The translations under genes and the position numbers were made by a program. Shown here in pieces: positions 34,306 to 46,356 of a stretch of DNA of 51,949 nucleotides. Origin of the DNA: Octopus bimaculoides (Eukaryota); the NCBI RefSeq assembly GCF_001194135.2, contig NC_068994.1, positions 31,743,649-31,795,597 of the forward strand, written 5' to 3'. Numbering within the stretch: the stretch's first letter is position 1; each line of letters opens with the position of its first letter. Below the pieces are notes generated by a model that worked only from the letters and a program-made list of their open reading frames with translations, did not search any database and was not told the origin of the DNA.

Positions 34306-35785
34306 ATTGTGTAAATATACACACACACATACCTGTCTATGTTCATGAACACACACACACCCTACTCTTGGGCAACTTGTGGATCAATAAGTTGTTTCAT
34401 TTATTCATGTATTCTAAAATCCTCACTTTCAAATACCAAAGAATTTAGTTGTAGGACATCAAAGTCTTGTTATTAGTATTGTCTTTAGAAGGATAATAGG
34501 TTGTTATGCATTTGAAAGGAAATATTCTTAGTTAAGGTAGATCATTGGTGGAATTCTTTGAGCTTTGGAAAAACAATGCTTTGCAGTATTTGTTCTGACT
34601 CTTAATATTCAGAGTTCAAATCCTACTCAGTCAATTTCACCTTTCATTCTTTTGCAATTGATAAAACAAAGTGCCGGTCAAGTATTGACTGCAAAAGGGG
34701 GTTATTCTTTTGTTTCGGGGTTTCATATCCTAATGGTGATGGAATGAGGCTCATCCTTTTCCTTTTGTCATCAATAACATTAGTGTATCAGTGTTAGAAT
34801 GAAATCTAATATCAACTAAATCCAAAATCAGTACCAGTCATGAACTAGTGTCATTTTGATCAACTATGCCCTCACCTTTACAAATTTGCGACTGTTTGTA
34901 TTAGTGTAAGAAACCACTCATTTTGTAATCATTTTAAAAGTGCATACAATGCTATGAAATTAAGGTACTTGACTACCCATATATGATGGAACCCTGAACA
35001 AATAATGATTTGCCTGGCTGGTACAAGGTTTCAGCTTTCATCTCTAATCCACAATTTAGTGGCCTATTGAAAATGCTTTATTTGATTTCTTATGTTAACA
35101 AACACCATTCAGAAAAGGCATGAACGTTATTAATTCTTATTCCTCCCACCTCACTACACAAAGGTTTTTGAGAAAAAAAATCAGAGTCATCTATCAGTCA
35201 CCTATCTTCTCTCTAAATTTGCTGAATCATTTGAATGGAACTTTTGTTGCTTTGAATGACAAATATTTTATATTCAAAGCTAGTGTGTGGTGGTATGGTA
35301 TTCAAACTTTTCTACAACATCCAAACTTTCATATCAAGCACAGATTTGTAAATAAAAATGGGTGGCAACATTCTGCTGCATGTGGCATCAACATGGTGAC
35401 GGCACAGTCTCACAACTTAGAGGGAATGTTAATTGTCACTATCAGTACTTGCACCATGACCATCAACATTATTCTTCAGTATACTTTACCAAAGAATTTT
35501 TTTTTTTTTGTTCAAATGTTTCACTTTAACTCTGCTGAAAGACTTATTTATTCAATTATTTATTATTATATGAATTTTTTTGTCTCCTTGAAAACCTTAT
35601 AAACAACATCTGTAATCTATATACATTTTTTTTTATTTCTTTAAGTTTCTAAACCTACTGAAATATTCTAGTGTATTGATTGACATTTTTTGTTTCAACA
35701 AATAAAGTTTGTAAAGGTACTTAAAAAGATATGAATACCAATGTTTGTTTATTGTCTTTCCATGTTTGGTAGCTTCATTGTTAAT

Positions 35786-36962
35786 TATTTGGTCATCCCA
35801 AAAGTAATGTCCAAATTTTTGGTAAGAAAAAGTGATCTAATTTTACATTTTATTAAATTTTAACCCTGTGTATAATTCCCATCATTATCGATGACCTCTT
35901 TCCATTTACACATCAGTTTTTTAATTCCATTTGGTAAAAAATTCTTTTGGTTTTGATGAGAAGGAAGAGAGGACAGTTTTGACCTCTTTGGAGCTTTTGA
36001 GGACTATTTCATCTAAATGATTGTGTAAGCTTCAAAATAAATGGTAATCAGAAAGACCAAGGTCCAAGGAATAAGGCAGGTAAAGGATTTTTTTCTGATG
36101 TAATCTCTGCAGTGTGAGGCCTTGCATTATTATGATGAAACACCACTCCCTTATGATTCACCTAAGCAGGCCTTTTTTCTTCAAAGCAGCATCCAAATAC
36201 TCTGATTTTTGGCAATAGGTGTGAGCAGTAATTGTTGCATTAGTTGATAGCAGCTCAAAGTGGATGACTCCAATGCAATCCCACCAAATAGAACCTTTTT
36301 TGCATGGAGGTCCCTTTTGGGTTGTGGTTTAGCCTGTTCTTCATTGCCTGAATTGCTTGACATTTTCATAAAAAATTCATTTTTCATCACCAGTCACTAA
36401 TCTGTCCAAAAATGGTGAGATACAATCATGAAAGCAAAGAGATGAGCAGATATCTACTCATGATTTTCAGTTGGCTTCTATCAAATCATGGGGAACCCAT
36501 TTTCTGAGTTTGGGCACCTTTCCAAGCTGTTAAAGATAGTGGTGAATAGTTGAATGACTTGAATTAAGTTTGCTTGCCAATTCTTCAAATGATACAGCAA
36601 TATCCTTCTCAAGCTCTGACAAAAGAAGCTCATCCTCAAATTCAACAGATCATCCTATTCATTTTTGAACATTGCAAACCATCGTCTACAACTTTTTTCA
36701 TTCAAGCACTCTTCCTCATAAACAGAATGGATTTTTTGGGTTGCTTCTGCTGCACTGTTTGCCTTTTTGATCTCAAAGCATTATGTACCTTCGATATATC
36801 AGTCTTTGAGCGATTAATATTAGTAATTAATTCAGTCAAATTATTCTGTAAAAATAAATTAAATTAAAGGTTTCCAAGTTCATATCTGTATCAATCAATA
36901 CTGTTTGACATTTCAGAATGATGTAAAATTTGATGGAAATTACATATATTTCAAACATTATT
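35786..36962 (-). mobile_element. Decayed full-length mariner transposon
   Basis: WVPHDL (36482-36499), AKPQPKRDLHAKKVL, VVFHHNNARPH, PYSLDLGLSDYHLF, WKEVIDNDGNY; degenerate TIRs sharing gtaatNtcc. Confidence 0.85.
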
Positions 36963-36982
36963 TATGAGATGACCTGATACTT

Positions 36983-38070
36983 GTTCCAGTCATTGGACTG
37001 CAACCATGCTGGAGCAGAATCTTGAAGGGTTTACTCAAACAGATTAACCCAGAATTTGTTTATCTTTTTAAAGCCTAGTTCTTATTCTATCAGTCTCTTT
37101 TGTTCAACCAAGTTATGGGCAGGTAAACAAACCAACACCAGTTGTCAAGCAAAGGGGGAACACAAACACAGACATACATGCATATATATATATATACATG
37201 GGTGGCAGTGAAACATGGGCTGTGACTGCTGAGGACATGCGTAAGCTCGCAAGGAATGAAGCCAGTATGCTCCGCTGGATGTGTAATGTAAATGTGCATA
37301 CCTGTCAGAGTGTAAGTATCTTGAGAGAAAAGCTGAACATAAGAAGCATCAGTAGTGGTGTGCAAGAGAGACGATTGTGCTGGTTTGGACATGTGGTGAG
37401 AATGAATGAGGATAGCTGCGTGAAAAAGTGCCNNNNNNNNNNNNNNNNNNNNNNNNNNNNNNNNNNNNNNNNNNNNNNNNNNNNNNNNNNNNNNNNNNNN
37501 NNNNNNNNNNNNNNNNNNNNNNNNNNNNNNNNNNNNNNNNNNNNNNNNNNNNNNNNNNNNNNNNNNNNNNNNNNNNNNNNNNNNNNNNNNNNNNNNNNNN
37601 NNNNNNNNNNNNNNNNNNNNNNNNNNNNNNNNNNNNNNNNNNNNNNNNNNNNNNNNNNNNNNNNNNNNNNNNNNNNNNNNNNNNNNATAGGGTTTTCGAG
37701 CGAGATCGTTGCCAGTGCCCCTGGACTGGCTCTTGTACGGGTGGCACATAAAAGACACCATTTTGAGCGTGGCCGTTTTTGTGCGGGTGACACGTAAAAG
37801 CACCCACTACACTCTCTGAGTGGTTGGCGTTAGGAAGGGCATCCAGCTGTAGAAACTCTGCCAAATTCGATTGGAGCCTGGTGTTGCCATCTGGTTTCAC
37901 CAGTCCTCAGTCAAATCGTCCAACCCATGCTAGCATGGAAAGCGGACGTTAAACGATGATGATGATGTGTGTGATGGGCTTCTACACAGTTTCTGTCTAC
38001 CAAATTAACTCACTAAGTAGAAGACACTTTCCCAAGGTGCCATGCAGTGGGATTGAACCTGAAAGCTCAT
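36983..38070 (-). mobile_element. CORE-like SINE split by a young RTE insertion
   Basis: SINE 3' half at 36983-37196 and 5' half at 37967-38070 flank the RTE, split at the central microsatellite. Confidence 0.75.
37201..37966 (+). mobile_element. 5'-truncated young RTE LINE
   Basis: GSETWAVTAEDMRKLARNEASMLRWMC..RRLCWFGHVVRMNED (RTE C-terminus); 3' UTR and (GAT)n tail as at 1-199. Confidence 0.92.
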
Positions 38071-38289
38071 AGTTGTAAAGAGCAAATTGAATACAACATT
38101 ATCAGAAACTTGTAAATAACTGGGCACAATGTTTACTTGGTGATTTGTATCTTCAATGGTTTATAAATGGCTAATAAACATAATATAGTCTTGTCAATTT
38201 AACAACTCCCAAGTTCAAGTCAGTGTAGGAATCTCAAAGTCAGAGGCTCCCAACCTAGAATGCAAAAGGATTTCAGGGGTTGTAACAAA

Positions 38290-38972
38290 GAGATATAGTA
38301 TATTATCATCATCATCATTATGACCACTGCCATGCTTGCATGGATCAAATGGAATTTGTTGAGGCAAATTTTCTATGGCCAGATGACCTTCCTGTCACCA
38401 TCTCTTCCCTGCTTCCAAGCAAGGAAATATTTCCCCACAGTCAGACATGTTTTTCATGAAAGACTGGAAATGAACAATACTGCTTGTATGATGGTGATGC
38501 TTGTTTACAACTATCACATGAAGCACACACATTTTATTAAAACCACTCTTAAAAATAACTGTATTCTATTAAGTATACTAAGAACATTATTATTTTATAT
38601 AACTTCTAATTTTTATTTGTTTCAGTCATTGGACTGTGGCCATACTGGGGTACCATCTTGAAGAACATTTAGTTGAATGAATTAGCCCCAGTACTTTTTG
38701 TTTCTTTTTCTTTAAATTTGGCACTTATTCTATTGGTCTCTTTGCCAAACTGCTAAGTTACAGGGATGTAAACACTCCAACACTGGTTGTCAAGGGATGG
38801 GGTAGAAGTGGGGGCAGATACTGCTACAAAGACATGCACACACACACACACATATATGACAGGCTTCTTTCAATTGCTGTCTACTAAATCCACTCAGAGG
38901 GCTTTAGTTGACCCGAAGCTATAGTAGCATAGTAGACTGAACCCAAAACCATGTGGTTGGGAAGCAAGCTTC
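38290..38972 (-). mobile_element. Adjacent antisense SINEs: RTE-tailed variant (~38290-38530) and CORE-like copy (~38605-38972); a further copy lies at ~39975-40395
   Basis: Match to 25396-25620 and to 8016-8397 respectively. Confidence 0.75.
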
Positions 38973-40399
38973 TGTGTCCTCATTCCATGTGCAGCAACAT
39001 GTTTGTGTGAAACTTGATTCAGTTCTCTGGATTTGTCAGTTAAGACAAAATTTCAGAATCACCTGAATTCACTGACAGACTTGCAGTTCTTGATCAACAG
39101 GAAAGTTCTACGTTTTGATAAAATCATAAATGAGAAGCATCCAAATTAGTTTTGTGGAACCCACTTCTTGGTGATATAAGAAAGGTAAAACATCATCACA
39201 CTTACATCAACTTGATTGCTGACACTGGTCTAAAATGTATCCAGGACCTTGAGGTAGTGATGTTGGACTGAGAAGTGTTGTAGGTGGACTTTGTTGCTGT
39301 GGAACCCAGCCACAGAATAGAATAAATGAGAAGCAAGAACAAAGTTATTGCATTTGCTTACAATTTTTGATTGATTTCATGGTTTACAGTGCTTTCAAAT
39401 TGTGCAGTTTGCTTGTTTATTACTGAAAAGCTAGCATTTATACAATTTGTATACATGGTAATCCTTTCACATGGCCCAGTCCTTGTTTTGGTGTGGAGGT
39501 CCTTGTATCTCAATGGCTAGCAGAGCACAAGTTCCTTGTGTGGTCTCCCATGCCGGACAGGTCAAAAGATAGAGATCAAACTGACATGGACCACCTCTTT
39601 CCAGAGGTAAAAATTGGTTTGCATAGCACAGCAACCTAGGAAAATAAGTAAAGTTACAGAAGCATTAATGACAATTCAAAACCAACAAGACCTGCAAAAA
39701 GAAGGCCATCCTTTTTCAGGGAAACAGAGTCAGGGTACTGAGGCAAAGCTGAAAAAGCAGGGATCGAAGAGCAAGAAGAGAAGCAGAAAAGACATTCCAC
39801 AGTTGAGAATAGTAGGGAAAAGTTGTGGATGGTCCACAGAGAATAAAGGTCTTAAGTAAGTAAAATCTGGTATCAGCCATGTGTTTCTTTGCCTTTGTCA
39901 GTTTACATATTAAAGCCATGACATAACTTTCTCTTATATGTGTGTTACAAATATATGAATTTTCTCATATTTTTAATCTTTTATCTCTTATCTCTCAGTC
40001 ATTAAACTGTGGAGATGTTGGAACAGCACTTTGAAGGAGTTTTAGTCAGATGACCCCAGTACTTTTTTTTAAGCTTGATTCTTATTCTATCAGTCTTTTT
40101 TTGCCAAACTGATAAGTTACAGGGGTGTAAACAAACCAGTACTGGTTGTCAAGTGGTGGTGAGGGACAAACACAGGCACAAAGATACTCACACACACACG
40201 CATGCACACATGTATATTTACACACACACATATATATATGCCATACTTTCAGTTTCCATCTATAAAATCCTCTCATAAGACCTTGGTTAGCCTGAGGCTA
40301 TAGTAGAAGACACTTACTCAAATCCCACACAGTGAGACTGAACCCATAGTCTTGTGGTTGGGAAGGAAGCTTCTTACTACACAGCAACACCTGACCCTA

Positions 40400-40836
40400 T
40401 AGTGTACAAAATCACAGGATGTGCTAAAACACCTTTTGAGCATTGGGCCTCATGGAGGCAATGTGGCTGAGTTCCTTTCAAGTGTTGGGCCTCATGAAGG
40501 CAAAGTGACTGATTCCTTTTGAGTGTTGGGTCTCATGGAGACAATGATCGAGACCTTTGGCATTATGTCATGCTTGAGAAGAAGACCCATCAATCCAAGC
40601 AAAATCGCAGTCATGGCAGATACTGGTGTTATGCAAACTAGCATCAGTGCCAGTGGCATGTAAAAGTACCCATTACACTCTCGGAGTGGTTGGTGTTAGG
40701 AAGGGCATCCAGCCATAGAAAACCATGTCAAATCAGACTGAAGACTGATGCAGCCTTCCAGTGTGCCAGCCCAGTCAAACCGTCCAACCCATTCCAGCAT
40801 GGACAATGGATGTTAAATGATGATGATGATGATGAT
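40400..40836 (+). mobile_element. Older RTE-family 3' end containing a ~41 bp minisatellite (about 3 copies, 40432-40555)
   Basis: ccttttgagcattgggcctcatggaggcaa-type units, then gagtggttggtgttaggaagggcatccag..gttaaat(gat)n. Confidence 0.75.
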
Positions 40837-41320
40837 ATTTAGCAATATCTATATATATTCAGTAGTATCAGTGCCAAGCAGTGTTTAGGCATAAGCAAAC
40901 TTTAGGTTAGTTAAAATGTTTGTGACATATTTCAAATTCTAAAGACAAAATGCTCTCTTATGGTAAAAAGGTGTAAAAACACCATATCTGTCAAGTGCTG
41001 CACTCTGTTGAATTCCCAAATGTGTTTCTAGCTCTTTGGCCATTATGATTGGGAAATACCAAAGAGAGGTAACTCTAGACAGACTTAAAGCTGTAGTTTT
41101 AACTAAAACACAGTCAACAATATTGTTATAAAGGCTCTCTTCCAATAACGGAGAGCAGTTATTTCCATTCCTGCTATCCCTGAAATGCATGTGTATTAGA
41201 TAACCATCAAGTTATCTAATATCCAATGTGAAACTGATAGGTAAGATTGGCTGTAATGGATCTGTAATAGTGCATACTTTGGTTAATATATATATATATA
41301 TATAGAGAGAGAGGCATACC

Positions 41321-42100
41321 TACACACGTGTGCCCTCTCCATTCCCATAAGACTCTGTTTCCTCATAACTTTCAGAAAAATGGATACGTTTTTTAATGAA
41401 TTTTTCTACAAATACCTTTCAGATGGTGTAGATTACGATTGTAACTGAATTTAATGCTAAAAAATGATTGGTGAGTGTGCACACATATTAACACATATCA
41501 CATATATATCTACAAAATAAAACTTGAAAATTTGGAAAGAATATATGTGTCAGTGTGTATGTGTGCCCACCAATTTGTTTTTGTTCCTAACATTAAATTT
41601 CAATTTAATCGTAATCTGCACCACCTGAAAGAAATTGTAGAAAATTTCATTAAAAAAAATGCTCATTTTCTTGAAATTTATGAGGAAACAAAGTCAATTT
41701 GTGTGAATTATCTGAAACTCCACTCCCCACCTGAGGAAATTTTTTTTTTTCAAAACAAATTCTTATATAATTGTAATCAGCACCATCTGAAAGGTATCTG
41801 TAGAAAATTCTATTAAAAAATACCCAATTTTCTGAAAGTCATGAGGAAATAAATTCAATTCCCATGAATTATCTAAAACTCCTCTACCTAGCAACTGAAA
41901 AAGAAGTTTTCACAAATTTCGATGTAATTGTAATCTATACCACCTGAAATGTATTTGTAGAAGATTTCATTATCTCTGTTGGAATAAATAAACCAAAATA
42001 ATACAAAAAACAAAAATTACAAATCAAAAATAAATCATTCAAAAGTATCCATTTGTCTGAAAGTTATGAAGAAACAAAGTTGGGAGAGCACACCTGTGTA
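41321..42100. mobile_element. TA-bounded TIR element with internal ~165 bp repeats
   Basis: Ends tacacacgtgtgccctctcc / ggagagcacacctgtgta; one inverted unit (41345-41455) and three direct units (~41600, ~41768, ~41926). Confidence 0.75.
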
Positions 42101-42429
42101 AATATGCTTATGTGTCTGTACTTGGTTTCCACAAAGGTCTTTGGAACAACTTGAAATGAGGATCAGATCATAAAAGACAAAAAAAAAACAATGTTAAAAA
42201 GATAAAAATATCAAAAACAAAAATAGACAGTCGAGAGTGAATATAAAGGGAGTTAATTTGAAAGTTATCTTCTCTTCTTTCGACTCTGTCCAATGTTTAT
42301 GCTTTGTGGCTTTGTCTTATTTTTTTCAAGAAGAGAAAACAATGTAAAAACTCTTTGCCGAAAAACTGATTTCAGTTTTGATTTTTATCAGTGTCTGTAT
42401 GTAGGTAACTCTGTAATGCATTCGGAACG

Positions 42430-42486
42430 TATCGATATATTGCGTAAATAATTTTCCGAGTAAAAGAAAACTTGGTACAGGTAAGT
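42430..42486 (+). promoter_or_regulatory. Candidate promoter and non-coding first exon of ZNF-B
   Basis: TATCGATA (DRE consensus) at 42430-42437; consensus donor CAG|GTAAGT at 42480/42481; CpG-rich; candidate acceptor ccAG at 46344-46345, 11 nt before the ATG. Confidence 0.5.
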
Positions 42487-43262
42487 TTCACACAGTTTTT
42501 TGTTTTTTTCTTGTGTTTTTTGTTGTTGTCTAATCTTTGCTTTTCTTCAACAAATGTAACTTTTTAAGATCTTTTATTTTTGTTGCTCAACAAAATTTGC
42601 GATCGGTTTCAATTTTTGGTTGAGGTCTTTTGAGTTGATTTTCACTTTCACGTTTGCTACTCTTCATTAAGAAAAAATGCCATGAACGCCACAACATTGA
42701 TGCCTTCCTTGGGAATTCTGTACCTTTACGATATAAGTCACAAGCTAATTATAGACCTGTCCTTTTAGATTCATGTTCCTGGAAAACAAAATACATCATA
42801 TCAACCAACTCTAACGAAAGAGCCTCTGAATGGTCTCTCAGTTTGCTAGAAACAACGGTCAAATTTCCCAAGTCGCACCATACCATCTTTTAATAGGAAA
42901 CGTGACAGGATAATGTAGTCATGGTTGGTCATGGCTAGAATGCCTTTAATAATGTCTGTTCAATCAGAGCCGGGCTTTTGATGTGTACCGTACTGAATAA
43001 ACTTTCTGCAAACGCGATGCGAGGTCTAATGTCATTTGCAGGCTGCAGTGATTTCATTTTTTTTTTTGTTACTGTTGTATTTTGGAAAAAGAATGAATGT
43101 TACAACTCATCTCTTTCATCTTTATAAAATATATTCGGTCTTGTGTCTGAGAAACCAATCATCACGTGAAACAAATACCAACATTTTAAGATATTTTAAC
43201 ATTGTCTTTAAATTAAAACATTGCTTTATTTCTTAATTATCTAGAAAATGATAATTAATACG

Positions 43263-44830
43263 TCAGGGATGGCCATGCAGTTAAGAATCTCGCTTTGCAG
43301 CCACGTTGGTTTGGATTCTGTCCCACTGTGCGGCATCTTGGGCAATTGACTTCGAAAATAGGCCCGTGTCGACCAAGTCGGTCATGTTTGTGCTTATGTC
43401 ACTATTTGACAACCGGTGTCGTTTGTTTACGTCCCTGCAACTTAGTGGTTCAGCAAAAGACCAATAGAATAAGCACGATTTTCACTAAGAAAAAAAAAAA
43501 GAATTCGGAGTTTTTGCGTGGAATCAAGTACCCTGACCTCCTAATATGTTGCAAATCTCTTATTCTGGTTCGGAAAAAGGGTGGGGGGCGAAGGGGAGGA
43601 CCCCTCATCCCGGACCCATTGGAAAATGTTTTTTTTTTTTTTCGGTGAATGAATTCCTGTGACCTAATACACTACAAAACCCTTTTGGGGGTCCGAAAAG
43701 TGGGGTGGGGTGAGGTGGAAGTCTCGGAAATTTAACCCCCACCCCCATTGATCTTTTCACCCGCATGATTTTCACTAAGGAAAAAAAATAAAAATAAAAA
43801 TCGCGCCCAAACTAATTTTTGTGTGTGGGCGGGGGAGAAAGATGATAAATAAGTATTATTTACATTATTTACATTCAACGGATATTTGTCCTCATCTTGT
43901 TTGTTGTTAACACAACGTTTCGGCTGGTNNNNNNNNNNNNNNNNNNNNNNNNNNNNNNNNNNNNNNNNNNNNNNNNNNNNNNNNNNNNNNNNNNNNNNNN
44001 NNNNNNNNNNNNNNNNNNNNNNNNNNNNNNNNNNNNNNNNNNNNNNNNNNNNNNNNNNNNNNNNNNNNNNNNNNNNNNNNNNNNNNNNNNNNNNNNNNNN
44101 NNNNNNNNNNNNNNNNNNNNNNNNNNNNNNNNNNNNNNNNNNNNNNNNNNNNNNNNNNNNNNNNNNNNNNNNNNNNNNNNNNNNNNNNNNNNNNNNNNNN
44201 NNNNNNNNNNNNNNNNNNNNNNNNNNNNNNNNNNNNNNNNNNNNNNNNNNNNNNNNNNNNNNNNNNNNNNNNNNNNNNNNNNNNNNNNNNNNNNNNNNNN
44301 NNNNNNNNNNNNNNNNNNNNNNNNNNNNNNNNNNNNNNNNNNNNNNNNNNNNNNNNNNNNNNNNNNNNNNNNNNNNNNNNNNNNNNNNNNNNNNNNNNNN
44401 NNNNNNNNNNNNNNNNNNNNNNNNNNNNNNNNNNNNNNNNNNNNNNNNNNNNNNNNNNNNNNNNNNNNNNNNNNNNNNNNNNNNNNNNNNNNNNTATATA
44501 TATATATATATATATTCTGATGATAAAATATAGTATCTTTCAAAAACATCCTAAATGTTTAAGAAAAAAAAACCCATTTTACAGAAATAAATTTTCCAGA
44601 GTGTGAATTACATGGTTCGTTATTAAATATATCCCCTTCGCTCCCCCCCTTTCCTGAACCAAAATAAGGGATTTGCAGCATATTAAGTCAGGGTACTTGA
44701 TTTCACGCAAAAAATCCAAGTTTTTTTTCTTAGTGAAAATCGTGTGGGTGTTAATATAAAAATTTACCTTGATTTGTTTAACTAACCCTTTCTTGGTGGC
44801 GCCCCAGCATAGCTGACACACCAAAAGATA
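43263..44830 (+). mobile_element. CORE-like SINE split by a TIR element
   Basis: SINE runs 43263-43473 (..ccaatagaataag) and resumes after 44744 (..ggtggcgccccagcatagctg). Confidence 0.65.
43474..44744. mobile_element. Unclassified DNA element with ~130-150 bp TIRs spanning a gap
   Basis: cacgattttcactaagaaaaaa..tttttgcgtggaatcaagtaccctgac.. is mirrored at 44600-44744; third partial terminus at ~43764; no TSD found. Confidence 0.7.
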
Positions 44831-45288
44831 AGAGAATCTCGTAATAAATTAGGTAGCTTTGGTATTTTCTTTTAAGCTGTATAGTTTATAAGAACACTTT
44901 CCAACTGTGTTTAGTGGTTCATTTCCACCATCAGGCAAGTGTCTTGTAAGATATCCACAGGTCAACTAAATCCTTGTTGGTGGAATTTGAACCTGTATGC
45001 AAGCCTGTTGGCTGAACCATCCAGTTCTTAGTTGGGTAGACTTAGATTGGTGTCACTTTAGTGTGCGATCTACGTGACCATTTACATTTTAGCATGCAAT
45101 TTAACCATAACTCTTACTCTAAACCAGTGGTTCTCAACCAATTTGTGCTTATGGACTCCTTTGATATTCTATTCTGGTGGCCATCTCATAGCCATTCGAT
45201 GTTTAAAGACTAGTTTTATAGATACTTCTTTAGATGTTATAGATTGTGGTGTCATCTCATGAGACTCTCAGAAGCTCACGAACAGTGA

Positions 45289-45694
45289 TGTAGGAACCAG
45301 AGCAGTGTGTTGGTGCTGTGTAGACGTTGGCGACATTGGTGAGAGACATCTGGTGTGGCAACGAAGATGGAGTTCGCTGCAAGGTAGTCAGTGGTTAGAC
45401 CTTAGAAAGTCTAGAACCAACTGACTCTGAGCCTAAGAAGAGGTGAGCTTTTATAGCTGACAGGTAGGCTCAAATGCTTGTTTGGAACAGACTGTCTCAC
45501 ATGACTTATTTGCAGGTTGTGATTGGTTGGGTTGCATATTGGCGCATGATAGAGTATGAGACAAATTGTGCCAATATCAACCAATTGGAGTGGTAGACAC
45601 AATGGGGTCCAAAACAGCGCCCAAAGGCTAGCTGTTACCTGTTACATTCGTATGTACTTGATATAAGAGAGGAAGCTCACTAGAGTTCACTACA
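45289..45694 (-). mobile_element. Probable solo LTR (406 bp) inside a hAT-like fragment starting cagtggttctcaacc at ~45125
   Basis: TGTAG...CTACA termini; TATAAAAG on - strand (45448-45455); several CCAAT; no TSD. Confidence 0.5.
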
Positions 45695-46356
45695 CTTCTT
45701 TCAAAATTCCTATTTTGTTATTCACACATTAACTTGTGTAGGTTGAACTATATGAAATGTTAGAGAATGAAACCTAGCTGTTTCTTGCAATATATTTAAA
45801 TTAAAACTTTTCATGGACCCTTAAAACCCTATAGTGGATCCCCAATTTACTATTTTGCAAGCATGGTGGGCTTTCATTCAGTTTCTGTCCAAATACACTC
45901 ACAGTTCACTGAAAAATTGGCTCCCCAGCATGGTTGCAATTCACTAAATTGAACCCAATAAAAAAAAAAGTAAAATAAAATAAAAAGAAATAATTTTCAT
46001 CATTTTTACATCTGTTTTACCATCCTGGCTGCATGGGATAGGGTCACTTTCAACAGTGTCTCTTCACTTATTGCAGTCCATCATCATCTCCTTTGTGATG
46101 TTCAGTATACTGCGATCAGCTCTTACCACTTCTCATGTCTTCTTTGGTTCTCTCTCTTCTGCAAGCTCCTTATGCTTGCATGGTTTGACACTCTTTTTTT
46201 CCTCAATAATCATTCTGTTATTTAATTTATTTAATCTAAAACCTTTTATTTTTTTTTATTCAACAGATATGGTGGAGAGAAGCACATTCAGAAAATAAAG
46301 TCACAAACAACGCAAAGGCAACCTTTTTTGACATTGACAATCCAGTTACTGCTAGG

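Noticed and set aside
35120-35602. 160 aa ORF
   Set aside because: No domain, AT-rich F/I/N-biased composition; a faint Cys/His pattern on the other strand was too weak to call
35860-35870. TTAACCC as a piggyBac terminus
   Set aside because: It is the stop-codon region of the antisense mariner transposase
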